A program made the position numbers and the translations under genes. Source: Parcubacteria group bacterium Greene0416_36 (GTDB taxonomy: Bacteria > Patescibacteriota > Patescibacteriia > VMEV01). Taken from it: a stretch of 64,000 bases of DNA. Positions 8,768 to 18,952 of this stretch are shown one piece after another. Numbering within the stretch: position 1 is the first letter of the stretch; each line of letters begins with the position of its first letter. The notes beneath the pieces were generated by a model, which saw nothing but the letters and a program-made list of their open reading frames with translations, did no database searches and was not told the DNA's origin. The stretch covers positions 5,021 through 69,020 of the forward strand of contig VMEV01000004.1 in the NCBI GenBank assembly GCA_007375725.1, written 5' to 3'.

Positions 8768-10219
8768 ATGTCAGCCGATCTCGCCAAACAAATCGCCCAC
8801 AATACGTTCTTCCAGGTAGGCTCCAAGCTTATCGGGACGATGTTGGGCGTGGTCACGATCGCCGTGATGACCCGACACCTAGGCACCGAGGGCTTTGGTC
8901 AATATACCACGATCATGGGATATCTGCAGATATTCGGAATCATGGCTGATTTTGGACTCTCTATCACCGCCACGCAAATGCTTTCCCACCCCCATTTGCC
9001 GACACTCAAAATCATGAATAATTTATTTTCTCTCAGAATTATTTCCTCGATTATCTTCTTCCTCCCCGCGCCATTGCTCCTAGCTTTTTTTCCCTACAGC
9101 CCGGAAGTGAAGATGGGGATACTCATCAATACCCTCTCTTTTCTCTGCCTGACCATCTTCCCAATATTCTTAAGCGTATTCCAAAAATACCTAGCTACTT
9201 TTCGCTTTGCCATATCCGAAATCACCAATAGGGTCATCCTTCTAACCCTAGTACTCGCCAGTATTTTCTATGGCTGGGGAATTCTGGGAATTGTCTGGGC
9301 CATGGTCGCGGGGAACGCGGTGCAGATGATTTTGGCCTATCGCTGGAGCCGAAAATATATCCCCTTCACCTGGGAAATCGATTGGAATGTCTGGAAACAA
9401 ATACTCTCCCAAAGCTGGCCCGTAGGAGTCTCCATTTTCTTCAATCTTCTCTATTTCAAAGCAGATACGCTGATTTTATCCGTAGTGGCTGACCCGCATG
9501 ATGTGGGAATATATGGAGCGAGTTACAAAGTTTTGGAGGTATTAGTCGCCCTCCCCTATCTCTTCTCCGGCCTAATTTTGCCGATCCTGACTCAAAATTG
9601 GGCGAGTGGAAACCATGCTTTTTTCCGGACCGTGTTTCAAAAATCCTTCGATGCAATGACCTTGGTTACCCTGCCTATGGTTGCGGGAGGAATTCTCTTG
9701 GCCAAGCCGATTATAGGGGTTGTCGCGGGACCTGAATTCGAAGAGTCCGCTTTCATTTTACAAATACTGCTTGTGGCCGCGGGTGTGATTTATATGTGCA
9801 ACCTTTTCTCGCACGCCATCGTGGCTATCGGAGAACAAAAAAGCGTGATCACCAGCTATATCGTCACCTCGATTTTCGCCCTGGTCACCTATACCTATTT
9901 CATCCCCCGCTACACCACCCTCGCCGCAGCCATACTCACCATCGCCAGTGAATTGATGATCTCCTATCTCGTCATTCGGATCGTGTACAAAAAAACGAAT
10001 TTTTTCCCAAATCTGCATATGTGGCTTCCCTCTATTTTGGGCTCGCTTGGCATGTGCGGCGCCATTTTATCCTGGCAATATTTTATCAGTTCAGAGCTCG
10101 GACTTCTCAATCTCCTGGTCCAATTGGGCCTAGGCATATCCGTATATTTCACCTTACTTCTCTATCAAGGAATGATGTCGAAAAAGATGATTGTGGATTT
10201 GATCCGAGTAAAAAAATAA
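8768..10219 (+). CDS. Wzx-type polysaccharide flippase
   Basis: About 12-14 TM; RHLG..GFGQY, ADFGL, VGIYGASYK motifs; ATG 8768 preferred over 8750. Confidence 0.9.
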   Translation: MSADLAKQIAHNTFFQVGSKLIGTMLGVVTIAVMTRHLGTEGFGQYTTIMGYLQIFGIMADFGLSITATQMLSHPHLPTLKIMNNLFSLRIISSIIFFLPAPLLLAFFPYSPEVKMGILINTLSFLCLTIFPIFLSVFQKYLATFRFAISEITNRVILLTLVLASIFYGWGILGIVWAMVAGNAVQMILAYRWSRKYIPFTWEIDWNVWKQILSQSWPVGVSIFFNLLYFKADTLILSVVADPHDVGIYGASYKVLEVLVALPYLFSGLILPILTQNWASGNHAFFRTVFQKSFDAMTLVTLPMVAGGILLAKPIIGVVAGPEFEESAFILQILLVAAGVIYMCNLFSHAIVAIGEQKSVITSYIVTSIFALVTYTYFIPRYTTLAAAILTIASELMISYLVIRIVYKKTNFFPNLHMWLPSILGSLGMCGAILSWQYFISSELGLLNLLVQLGLGISVYFTLLLYQGMMSKKMIVDLIRVKK

Positions 10220-10223
10220 TTCC

Positions 10224-10264
10224 AAAAATGTAGGGGCAGGTGTGAAACCTGCTCCTACATTTTT
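10224..10264. repeat. GTAG-type REP palindrome with 6-bp inverted flanks
   Basis: aaaaat-GTAGGGGCAGGTGTGAAACCTGCTCCTAC-attttt. Confidence 0.85.
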
Positions 10265-10265
10265 T

Positions 10266-10309
10266 AAAAAAAAGAACATCTCCCGCGAGAAAACCCGCAA
10301 AAGATGCCC
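10266..10309 (-). terminator. Intrinsic terminator
   Basis: gggcatcttttgcggg-tttt-ctcgcgggagatgttc-tttttttt on the minus strand. Confidence 0.75.
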
Positions 10310-10392
10310 CTTTTTGTGTACCGGATTTACAAAACCTTTATTTAAAGACTTTCTAAATCCAAATACAAATTTTAGAGAAAAAGAACAAGTAC
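10266..10392 (-). ncRNA. Candidate ~125-nt small RNA
   Basis: Consensus promoter upstream, long hairpin 10317-10367, 16-bp terminator stem plus U8, no ORF. Confidence 0.5.
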
Positions 10393-10398
10393 AAAAGG

Positions 10399-10426
10399 AT
10401 TATATAAAATTTGGATTTTCTGTCAA
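10399..10426 (-). promoter_or_regulatory. Consensus sigma70 promoter
   Basis: TTGACA-16 nt-TATAAT on the minus strand. Confidence 0.7.
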
Positions 10427-10446
10427 TAAAGAATGGACATAGTCGC

Positions 10447-10488
10447 AAAAAGTGTAGGGGCACAGCGCGCTGTGCCCCTACACTTTTT
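10447..10488. repeat. GTAG-type REP palindrome with 7-bp inverted flanks
   Basis: aaaaagt-GTAGGGGCACAGCGCGCTGTGCCCCTAC-acttttt. Confidence 0.9.
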
Positions 10489-10545
10489 ACATACCTGTAG
10501 CCCTTCACAAAACCCTACTTTTCGTATATATTGAAACAATATCTT

Positions 10546-10633
10546 CTAGGCTTTTGGCCATTGGGTCTTAGCTTATTAGTAAACAACCCATTTTTTCTAA
10601 AAAGCTAATGGCCTAAAGGCCTAACGCCTAATC
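10546..10633. repeat. Complementary 7-nt-period tracts upstream of lemA
   Basis: ctaggcttttggccattgggtcttagcttattag ... ctaaaaagctaatggcctaaaggcctaacgcctaat. Confidence 0.65.
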
Positions 10634-10635
10634 TT

Positions 10636-11178
10636 ATGATCCTAAGCATCATCGTTCTCGTTATTTTATTCTGGAGCGTACTCTCCTACAACGGCCTAGT
10701 CCGCCTAGTCACACAAAGTGATGAAGCGTGGTCGGATATTGATGTTCAGCTCAAGCGCCGATATGACCTTGTTCCCAATCTCGTAGAAACCGTGAAAGGA
10801 TACGCAAAACATGAAAGCCAGACCCTCGAGAATGTCATTGCCGCCCGAAATTCTGCGATGAACGCGCACGGTATGCAAGACAAGGCCAGTGCGGAAAATG
10901 CGCTTTCTGCCGGACTCAAGAGCATCATCGCCTTATCCGAAAATTATCCGGATTTGAAAGCCTCCGGAAACTTTCTCAAACTCCAAGATGAATTGTCGGA
11001 CACTGAGAATAAAATCCAGGCCGCGCGCCGATTCTACAATGGCAATGTGCGCGATCTCAATATCAAACTCCAAGTATTCCCCGACAATATCATCGCCCGC
11101 ATGTTCGCCTTCACCCAAAAAGAATTTTTCGAATTGACCGAACCCGCGGCGAAGGAAGTGGTGAAAGTGCAGTTTTAG
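10636..11178 (+). CDS. lemA: LemA family protein
   Basis: WSDIDVQLKRRYDLVPNLVETVKGYA, ENYPDLKAS, ARRFYN motifs. Confidence 0.97.
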   Translation: MILSIIVLVILFWSVLSYNGLVRLVTQSDEAWSDIDVQLKRRYDLVPNLVETVKGYAKHESQTLENVIAARNSAMNAHGMQDKASAENALSAGLKSIIALSENYPDLKASGNFLKLQDELSDTENKIQAARRFYNGNVRDLNIKLQVFPDNIIARMFAFTQKEFFELTEPAAKEVVKVQF

Positions 11179-11180
11179 GT

Positions 11181-12056
11181 ATGTATTCCCAAATCGCCTC
11201 CAATCAGCGAAAAACCTATTTGCTCATGGGGATTTTCATCTCCTTCGTTTTGGCTGTGGGGTATTTTTTAGGAGCCAGCCAGGGAAACGGATATCTGGGA
11301 CTAGGTTTTGCGGCAATACTTTCCGCGGTCATGACCCTCGGGTCTTATTATCAAGGAGATAAAATGGCACTCTGGAGCGCGGGCGCCGTCAGGATCAAAA
11401 AGGAAGACAACCCCTATGTCTGGAGAATGGTCGAAAATCTCTCTATCACCGCGGGACTTCCCATGCCGGCCGTCCACATCATTCCCTCCAACGCGCTCAA
11501 TGCTTTTGCCACCGGCCGAGACCCCCAGCACGCGTCCATTGCGGTCACAATCGGACTGATCAATACCCTAGAGAATGAAGAGCTGGAAGGAGTCCTTGCC
11601 CACGAACTCTCGCATGTCCAAAACTACGATATCCGCATCATGACTATAGTATTGGTGCTCGTGGGAATCGTGGGAATCCTGTCCGATTTTTTCACTCACC
11701 GATTATTCTGGTCCAGCCGCGATGACCGAGAAAACATGAACCCATTTTTTATGATCGCGGGAATTATTTTGGCCATTCTCTCTCCCATCATCGCCATGCT
11801 GATCCAGCTGGCCATCTCACGAAAACGCGAATTTCTGGCCGATGCCAGCGCCGCGCTGCTCACCCGCTATCCGGACGGACTCGCCAGCGCTCTCCGGAAA
11901 ATCTCCGGCAGTGATATCCCCCTCGAAACCGCCAACTCCTCCACCGCGCATCTCTTCATTTCAAACCCCTTCGGCAAAAAATTCTCCATATCCTCTCTCT
12001 TTTCCACTCACCCGCCGATTGAAGAGAGGATTAAAGAGTTAGAAAAGATGTTATGA
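11181..12056 (+). CDS. htpX: M48 zinc metalloprotease HtpX
   Basis: NAFATG, HELSH, SRKREFLAD, STHPP motifs. Confidence 0.95.
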   Translation: MYSQIASNQRKTYLLMGIFISFVLAVGYFLGASQGNGYLGLGFAAILSAVMTLGSYYQGDKMALWSAGAVRIKKEDNPYVWRMVENLSITAGLPMPAVHIIPSNALNAFATGRDPQHASIAVTIGLINTLENEELEGVLAHELSHVQNYDIRIMTIVLVLVGIVGILSDFFTHRLFWSSRDDRENMNPFFMIAGIILAILSPIIAMLIQLAISRKREFLADASAALLTRYPDGLASALRKISGSDIPLETANSSTAHLFISNPFGKKFSISSLFSTHPPIEERIKELEKML

Positions 12057-14566
12057 TTGTCGATAAATTCACACGCCATCTCAAAGAAAGCCTCAGGCTG
12101 GCTTACAAAACAGCATGGACATCCAGACATCCTCAAATTTCTCTGGAGCATTTATTATACGGATTATCCAGCCAAAAAGGGTCCATCGCGAGCCGAATTT
12201 TGGAAAAAAACAATTTTGTCTCTGACTTTTTTCTGACAAAAATACAAGAAATCAATCATAAACTGGCAGTCAACCTTCCTGAGAATGCCATATTACTACC
12301 TTTGCCATCCGAACTGACAAAAAAAATACTCAAAAAAACTATTCTATTGGCCCATAAATACACTCACTCCTATATCAGCACCGAACATGTTCTATCGGTC
12401 ATTTGGGATGAAAAAGCGTGGATCCTAGAGGCGCAAATAGTCGCCGGGGATCAGCAATACGACCTGATAAAAAATCAAATCAAATCCATACTCGACACAA
12501 CCACCAAATTTCCTGAAATAACCGAAAATTTCGTCACGGCGGATGATGAGGGAGAAGCCGAAAGCGACGGAGAAACTGACCCGGCATGGGAAATTTATGA
12601 CAATAACCGAGCCTTATCGCTTTTCGGCACCGATCTCACCTCAGAAAAAACTCAAAAACATATCGACCCGGTTATTGGCCGCGAAAAAGAAATTGAGCGT
12701 ATCACGGAAATATTATCAAGGCGAACCAAAAACAACCCGCTCCTGGTCGGTGAACCCGGAGTCGGCAAAACCGCCATCGTGGAAGGATTAGCCAAAAAGA
12801 TCCAAGAAGGAAAGGTTCCTCCCGTGCTTTGGGGCAGAAAAATAATCTCGATCGATATGGCGGCCGTGCTCAGCGGTACGATTTATCGAGGAGAATTCGA
12901 GGCGAGGCTCAAACAAATCATCGAGGAGGCGCAAAGAGACCCTGAAATTATTTTATTTATCGACGAACTCCATATGATCGTAGGAGCCGGCTCCTCTTCC
13001 GGATCCATGGACGCGGCCAATATCCTCAAACCCGCTCTGGCTCGAGGCGAGATCCACTGCATCGGATCCACCACCTTTGGCGAATACCAAAAACATATTC
13101 AGAGCGATCCCGCGCTATCCCGACGCTTCCAAACTTTGATCATCGAAGAACCCACGGAAGAAGCGACCCTCTCCATATTAAAAGGACTCCGCGCCCAATA
13201 CGAGCAGTTCCACCGAGCCTTATTACCTGATGAAATACTCGCCTCCACGGTTCAATGGGCCTCAAAATACTTGCCGGCGCGATTATTTCCAGACAAGGCA
13301 ATCGACATCATGGACGAAGCCGCGGCCAAAAGCCAAATACGGAGAGAAATCACCCCGCTCGAACAAAAACTCGAGGCCGTTTATCAAAAACAGGAGAAAA
13401 TTCAGAGACAAAAACATAAGGCGGTCCTAGAAGAGAAATATGAAGCCGCGGTTTTGCTACGCGATCAAGAAGCCATTCTGAATAAAAATATCAAAAAACT
13501 GGAGGACCTCTATGACCGCGAGCAAAAAAACATCACCGACCAAGTCACGGAGCAGGATATAGCCCAAGCGATCTCGTCGCAGTCCGGCATTCCAGTTTCA
13601 AAAATCCTCCAAGAAGACAATGAGTCACTCATATCTTTGGAAAGAATCCTCCGCGCGGAAATTTTAGGACAAGAAACCGCTATCACGGCCATCACTGACG
13701 CCATCCGGCGGTTCTTGGCTCTGGGAAATACAAAAGGAGGACTCTTATCCCTCTTGCTCGCAGGCCCTTCCGGAGTGGGCAAAACGGAGTCCGCGAAGAT
13801 AATCGCCCGAGAACTATTTGGAAGCGACAAAAAACTGATTCGCTTGGACATGTCAGAATATTCCGACAAGTTCAATTTATCAAAATTACTGGGGGCACCT
13901 CCCGGCTATGTTGGATATGGGGAGGGAAGCATTTTATCGACCAAGCTCCTCCAAAATCCGCATTCCGTAATCTTGTTCGATGAGATGGAAAAAGCGCATC
14001 CGGATATCACCAGCATACTCTTAGGAATGCTGGAAAATGGAGAGATTATAGATTCCTCCGGCCGAAAAATCTCCCTTAAAAACAATATTATCATTCTCGC
14101 CGCCAATACGAACTCGGCTTCTTTTGGGCAGAGCGGCATTGGTTTTGGCATGGGAGAAAAATCCAAAAACGCGGATGCCTCGCAACGAGTGCATGAGAAT
14201 TTGAAAGAAATATTCAAGCCTGAATTATTAGGCCGAATCAATGCCAAAATCATTTTCCAAACTCTAACCCAAGAAACACTTGCCCAAATCGCGTGGAATG
14301 CGGCGCAAAATTTCTGCCGAGGGATACAAAAAGAAAAAAATATCCAAATCATGCTCACTCAAAAAGAGCTGCTCGATTTAATCGGCCCCATGGCAGAAGA
14401 AAAAAATGCCCGAGATATTCTCCACAAAATAGATGCCAAGCTGGGCAATATATTGACAGATTATTTACGAAATCAAAAGACTACAAAAAGTGGTATAATA
14501 AAACTGGACAAGAAAAAAGATCAATGGTTTTTTCTCGATCACGGAGGAAAAATTCCAAAAGTATAA
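12053..14566 (+). CDS. clpC: Clp protease ATP-binding subunit, ClpC-like
   Basis: Clp N-domain, Walker A GEPGVGKT and GPSGVGKT, UVR-like segment, IGF loop (GIGFG). Confidence 0.88.
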   Translation: MIVDKFTRHLKESLRLAYKTAWTSRHPQISLEHLLYGLSSQKGSIASRILEKNNFVSDFFLTKIQEINHKLAVNLPENAILLPLPSELTKKILKKTILLAHKYTHSYISTEHVLSVIWDEKAWILEAQIVAGDQQYDLIKNQIKSILDTTTKFPEITENFVTADDEGEAESDGETDPAWEIYDNNRALSLFGTDLTSEKTQKHIDPVIGREKEIERITEILSRRTKNNPLLVGEPGVGKTAIVEGLAKKIQEGKVPPVLWGRKIISIDMAAVLSGTIYRGEFEARLKQIIEEAQRDPEIILFIDELHMIVGAGSSSGSMDAANILKPALARGEIHCIGSTTFGEYQKHIQSDPALSRRFQTLIIEEPTEEATLSILKGLRAQYEQFHRALLPDEILASTVQWASKYLPARLFPDKAIDIMDEAAAKSQIRREITPLEQKLEAVYQKQEKIQRQKHKAVLEEKYEAAVLLRDQEAILNKNIKKLEDLYDREQKNITDQVTEQDIAQAISSQSGIPVSKILQEDNESLISLERILRAEILGQETAITAITDAIRRFLALGNTKGGLLSLLLAGPSGVGKTESAKIIARELFGSDKKLIRLDMSEYSDKFNLSKLLGAPPGYVGYGEGSILSTKLLQNPHSVILFDEMEKAHPDITSILLGMLENGEIIDSSGRKISLKNNIIILAANTNSASFGQSGIGFGMGEKSKNADASQRVHENLKEIFKPELLGRINAKIIFQTLTQETLAQIAWNAAQNFCRGIQKEKNIQIMLTQKELLDLIGPMAEEKNARDILHKIDAKLGNILTDYLRNQKTTKSGIIKLDKKKDQWFFLDHGGKIPKV

Positions 14567-14572
14567 AGATTT

Positions 14573-15223
14573 ATGGCGGAAATCACTCCAAGTCAGGATT
14601 CGGAAATACAGCCCCAAATGAACCCAAAATCGTACCAGGCAAATCCCCTGCCCCAAACTTCGATATTCGAAAATGAAAATCCCTCCGCGCCTGCTGATTC
14701 CGAATACCCCAACCCCGCCAAAATTCCTGATCGGAATATTTCAAAAAGAAAGACGCTCCAAGATAAAAAGCAAGGCGATGGAACGATTCCGGGCGCCGAA
14801 AAAAACCAAACCCCTTACGCGAAAAAACAGGCACAGCTCGCGGAACAAGAGGGAGAGATGGATACAGACGCAAAAAAATCAAAAGGAATGGGTGGAATTG
14901 CGGCAAAAATGATAGGCAAAAACGTTGGACAGAGCCTGCTACGAATCACGGTTTCGGCGGTTGTCGCTTCATGGCCAATCTTAGCAGGACTATTTTTTGG
15001 CTTCATGGTGATCATTATTGTCACGCAAATTACCGCACCGATTTCCGACGTTGTCCAAACCGTTGCCAATACTCCACGCGATCTCAAACAAGGAGCTGGC
15101 CAAGTCGGATCCACCCTCCAAAAAGGAACCAGTCGCGCCATTTCTGACATCCAGACCGGCAAAGTCTTTTCCGACCTTGAGCAAGATATTGGAGCTGTCG
15201 TTTCCGGTGCCCTTGGCGACTAA
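14573..15223 (+). CDS. Hypothetical membrane protein
   Basis: 216 aa, disordered N-terminus and a hydrophobic segment; tight operon spacing after clpC. Confidence 0.7.
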   Translation: MAEITPSQDSEIQPQMNPKSYQANPLPQTSIFENENPSAPADSEYPNPAKIPDRNISKRKTLQDKKQGDGTIPGAEKNQTPYAKKQAQLAEQEGEMDTDAKKSKGMGGIAAKMIGKNVGQSLLRITVSAVVASWPILAGLFFGFMVIIIVTQITAPISDVVQTVANTPRDLKQGAGQVGSTLQKGTSRAISDIQTGKVFSDLEQDIGAVVSGALGD

Positions 15224-15285
15224 AATCATAAGAAATCCACGCCAAAGGCAAATCCGCCTCTGGTGAAGAAACAAAGACAAATAAT

Positions 15286-16557
15286 ATGAATTTTACAAAA
15301 AAACAAATAGCCTGGGCCCTCGGATTTATCACTCTCATCATCCTCATGGGCTGGGCGATTTATGCGGTATTCCTCCGACCCCTTCTACCTGTCGAGCCAA
15401 TACTTCCCGAAGAAGTGCCGATTGTAGGAGAGGGACTGCCGGGCGCAGGAGTTGGCGGACCCAAACCGCTGCTTGGTATTCCAGGAGAAACACCCGGATT
15501 GGCTTTGGCTCCCGACTTACCGGAGCCCGCCGCAAAACAGGATCAGGAAAGTTATGTGTCCGATGTCGCGGTCGGCGGCCCGACTCGAACAAAAGCCCTA
15601 ACTGACAAACCCTCCTATTCCGTCACTCTCTCCGGAGACAAACGATCTCTCAATTTTTACGACCGCGAAAGCGCGCAGTTTTATCGCGTCAATGATCAGG
15701 GGCAGTCCATCAAACTTTCCGATAAACAATTCTACGAAGTACAGGAAGCCAACTGGGCTCCCAATAAAAATGAAACCATCATGGAATTTCCCGATGGCAA
15801 TAAACTTTATTATAATTTTCAGACAGACAAACAAGTGACCCTCCCCTCCCACTGGGATGACTTCAGCTTCGCGCCGTCCAGCGGAGAAATGGCGTTCAAA
15901 AGCATCACCGATTCCGTAGAAGACAACTGGATGGCCATCTCATCCCCCGACGGCTCGTCTCCTGAAGCCATACAGCCTCTGGGAGCCAATGGAAATCAAG
16001 TAACTCTCTCTTGGTCGCCCAACAATCAAGTCATCGGCATGTTCACCAAACCTATTTCCAATAATAAACAAGAGGTGTATTTTCTAGGCCGAAATGACGA
16101 AAATTTCAAGCTTGCCGTGGTGGAAGGCCGAGATTTTCGTCCCAACTGGTTCCCCGACGGATCCAAAATGCTCTATAGCGTGTACAATAGCAATGACAAT
16201 TTCAATCCCTCGCTCTGGGTCGTGGACGCGGTCGGCGACACCATCGGCGAGAATCGCGTGCCCCTCGAGGTCAATACTTGGGCAGACCGCTGTACTTTCA
16301 ACCGCGATGGCTCCTCGCTCTACTGTTCCCGTCCTAAAGATATCCCCGCAGGAGCCGGCCTTTTCCCCGATCTCCTCACGCGCCGCAATGTCCCCTCCGA
16401 ACTCATCAAGGTCAATACCGTCTCCGGAGGCATCACTATCCTCGGCGAACCCGAAACCAGCATGGATATCGCCCAAGTCTTCGTCAATGACGCCGAAGAC
16501 AAACTCTTTTTCCAAAACAGCCAAGACCTGACCATCCAGTCGATGAGGATTAAATAG
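15286..16557 (+). CDS. Membrane-anchored TolB-like beta-propeller protein
   Basis: N-terminal TM, Pro-rich linker, repeated WAPN/FAPS/WSPN/WFPDG motifs. Confidence 0.75.
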   Translation: MNFTKKQIAWALGFITLIILMGWAIYAVFLRPLLPVEPILPEEVPIVGEGLPGAGVGGPKPLLGIPGETPGLALAPDLPEPAAKQDQESYVSDVAVGGPTRTKALTDKPSYSVTLSGDKRSLNFYDRESAQFYRVNDQGQSIKLSDKQFYEVQEANWAPNKNETIMEFPDGNKLYYNFQTDKQVTLPSHWDDFSFAPSSGEMAFKSITDSVEDNWMAISSPDGSSPEAIQPLGANGNQVTLSWSPNNQVIGMFTKPISNNKQEVYFLGRNDENFKLAVVEGRDFRPNWFPDGSKMLYSVYNSNDNFNPSLWVVDAVGDTIGENRVPLEVNTWADRCTFNRDGSSLYCSRPKDIPAGAGLFPDLLTRRNVPSELIKVNTVSGGITILGEPETSMDIAQVFVNDAEDKLFFQNSQDLTIQSMRIK

Positions 16558-16559
16558 TC

Positions 16560-16753
16560 GTCATCCCCGACGACCCTGACCCTATTCTTGCCATAAACAT
16601 ATACGATCGGGGATCCAGACAAATCAAATATGTAAGAAGGACATCAATACCAAAAACCCTTTAAATAGTTAGAGGGTAATAAAAAATTTAAATACTTTAA
16701 TTTATTATTCGGCCTGGATCCCCGACTCGCCCTACGGGGCTCTCGGGGATGAC
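16560..16753. repeat. Inverted pair of GTCATCCCCG...CGGGGATCC palindromes
   Basis: gtcatccccga...tcggggatccag (16560-16618) and ctggatccccga...tcggggatgac (16714-16753). Confidence 0.8.
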
Positions 16754-16763
16754 AAAACATCCT

Positions 16764-17618
16764 ATGAAACGTCTTCTCTATTCCCTACTCATCTGTTTAT
16801 TTTTCCTCCCCTTCAGCCTCCTCGCCGCGGACACCAATATCACCCCTCAGATGAATGTCCCGATACCGTTTATAAATATAACGGACAATGTCGCGCAGGG
16901 CTCGCCGATTCCTTGGATTTCTGACTATATCACCGGCCTCTACACCCTCAGCTACACCGTTGCGGGACTCTTGGCCATCATTATGATCCTCCTCGGCGGC
17001 TTTCTCTGGGCCTCCTCCGCCGGCAACCAGAACCAAGTCGGCAAAGGCAAAGAAATGATCACCTCCGCCATCGCTGGAATCGTGGTCATTCTGTGCAGTT
17101 ATTTGATTTTGTATTTAATCGGAGGGGCAAGATTGACGACGATTACGGAGTTGACTGCAACCAAAATTTACACTACCGAAGAACGCAATAAAGCCTACGA
17201 AAAAACTATAGCTGAACGCACTCCAATATTAACAAAACTCCGCGAGACTAAGAATCAAACTCTTTTGGCATCGGTGAAAGCCTACGATGCCAGTGCAAAA
17301 ACTTATGAAGACTTAAAAACAGCCAAATTAACATTCGATGAAGTTTATGCAAAATACTCAAAAATAGCCCTAGAATACATCGAAAACCCAGACGATATCC
17401 CCACAAAACAAGCATATGAACAAGCCAAACTAGCTAACAAACAAGCAGCTAGTGATCTTACTGCAGCCGAAAATGCCAATAGGCAAGCTTATGATGCATA
17501 TCTCAAAGCCGCAGCAATTTATAAACAAGCTTATGATGCATATCCCGAAACAGCTGCCAGTGAACAGGCCGAAGCTGAAGCTTTTGACGAAGCATTCAAC
17601 AGAAATTTAGCACAATAA
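16764..17618 (+). CDS. TrbC/VirB2-like pilin domain with Ala-rich coiled-coil C-terminal extension
   Basis: Signal peptide; GGFLWASSAGNQNQVGKGKEMI..AI.G motif shared with the pilin array. Confidence 0.75.
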   Translation: MKRLLYSLLICLFFLPFSLLAADTNITPQMNVPIPFINITDNVAQGSPIPWISDYITGLYTLSYTVAGLLAIIMILLGGFLWASSAGNQNQVGKGKEMITSAIAGIVVILCSYLILYLIGGARLTTITELTATKIYTTEERNKAYEKTIAERTPILTKLRETKNQTLLASVKAYDASAKTYEDLKTAKLTFDEVYAKYSKIALEYIENPDDIPTKQAYEQAKLANKQAASDLTAAENANRQAYDAYLKAAAIYKQAYDAYPETAASEQAEAEAFDEAFNRNLAQ

Positions 17619-17752
17619 AGTCGCTCAAAAGTGATCTGCTTCAAAGTCCGTAATGATCATGGCTTCTTTTTGGTCATTTCCAGATGCTCTATTGATCAAA
17701 ATCCATGAATTTTGTTCAGTGGGCATGTTTCTATTGGACAAAATTAGAATCC

Positions 17753-18952
17753 CTAAATCAATCCGCTCAAAAACTTATCAGCGCTGATCAGGCGAACAGT
17801 GCCTTTGAGCAAATCCACTCCGGATTCGCCCACCACTTGATAGGCAAAAGGAACCTTGTCTCCTTTGGCAGATAATCGCTCCTGAAAATATAATAAATGG
17901 CTCGAAATGGACTGGTCTGTGGATTTCACTTCCACCATAAACCAAGGTTTATTATCAATCGTCACCAAAAAGTCTACTTCACGGCCCTGCTTCTCTCGGA
18001 GAAAAAATAACTCCGCCTTATATCCCTGATTATCATAAAGATAATGCACCATTTTCAATAATCCGGAAGCTACCATATTCTCCAATCGATTTGCGCGATC
18101 CTCAATTTGCGACCAATCCCATAAATAGAGCTTCGGTTCTTTTTTTAAAGCCCGAAACAATTTGCTCTGAAATGGATAAATACGAAAATGATAGTAAAAA
18201 CGATCAAGTGTCTCCACCCAATTGGCAATAGTATTGTGATTAACTGATAAATCCAATGCAATCGAATTAAGAGATAATAAAGAACCGACTTTATGGGGCA
18301 GCATTTGTGCCATTATCTGCAAAGAAGAAAGGTCTCGAATTGAAGACAAATCCCGAATATCTTCACGAACCAAACGATCCAATCGCTGGAGGTGAAAACG
18401 ACGCAAAGCGACCTTATCTTTATTCACAAATGCTTCAGGAAATCCACCAAAATCAAATAAATCAGAATAAAACTTACGGATGGATTCAGGCTCCAAGGAT
18501 TGTGAAAATTTCAGCTTCTCAAATGGATTGGTATTAAAAGAATGACCTAAAAGTTCGGCCACGGACAAAGGGTGCAAACGATAATAATGATAACGTCCCA
18601 TCATGGAGTCGCCCCCCCTTCTATAAATATCCAACCGAGCACTTCCTGTCACCAATATCTTCAAATAATCTTTGTGAATATCGTAAAGTCCTTTGATAAA
18701 ATTTTTCCATCGGGCATATTTGTGGATCTCATCAAAAATAAGCAGCTCCGCCTCAGGATCAAACGACTGACTCAAAATTCGTTTACGGTGCAAAAGATCA
18801 TCCCAATTCAAATAAACAATTTTTTTAAACTTGTCAGCACTCAAACGATGGACTAAAGTAGTCTTGCCCACTTGTCTGGGTCCTCCCAAAAACACCATTT
18901 TATTTTTCAGATCCTTTTGGATAGCATTATTTAAATATCGATCTATCAACAT
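17753..18952 (-). CDS. AAA+ ATPase with DUF4143-type C-terminal domain
   Basis: GPRQVGKTT, IFDEIH, VTGS, GGFP, PKLYLWD, LENMV, EVDF, EVKS motifs. Confidence 0.9.
   Translation of the reverse strand: MLIDRYLNNAIQKDLKNKMVFLGGPRQVGKTTLVHRLSADKFKKIVYLNWDDLLHRKRILSQSFDPEAELLIFDEIHKYARWKNFIKGLYDIHKDYLKILVTGSARLDIYRRGGDSMMGRYHYYRLHPLSVAELLGHSFNTNPFEKLKFSQSLEPESIRKFYSDLFDFGGFPEAFVNKDKVALRRFHLQRLDRLVREDIRDLSSIRDLSSLQIMAQMLPHKVGSLLSLNSIALDLSVNHNTIANWVETLDRFYYHFRIYPFQSKLFRALKKEPKLYLWDWSQIEDRANRLENMVASGLLKMVHYLYDNQGYKAELFFLREKQGREVDFLVTIDNKPWFMVEVKSTDQSISSHLLYFQERLSAKGDKVPFAYQVVGESGVDLLKGTVRLISADKFLSGLI

Noticed and set aside
10242-10442. 66-aa plus-strand ORF across the sRNA candidate (also 3714..3938)
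   Set aside because: GTG/TTG starts inside or beside repeats or promoter DNA, no recognisable protein features; the RNA-structure signals explain the regions better.
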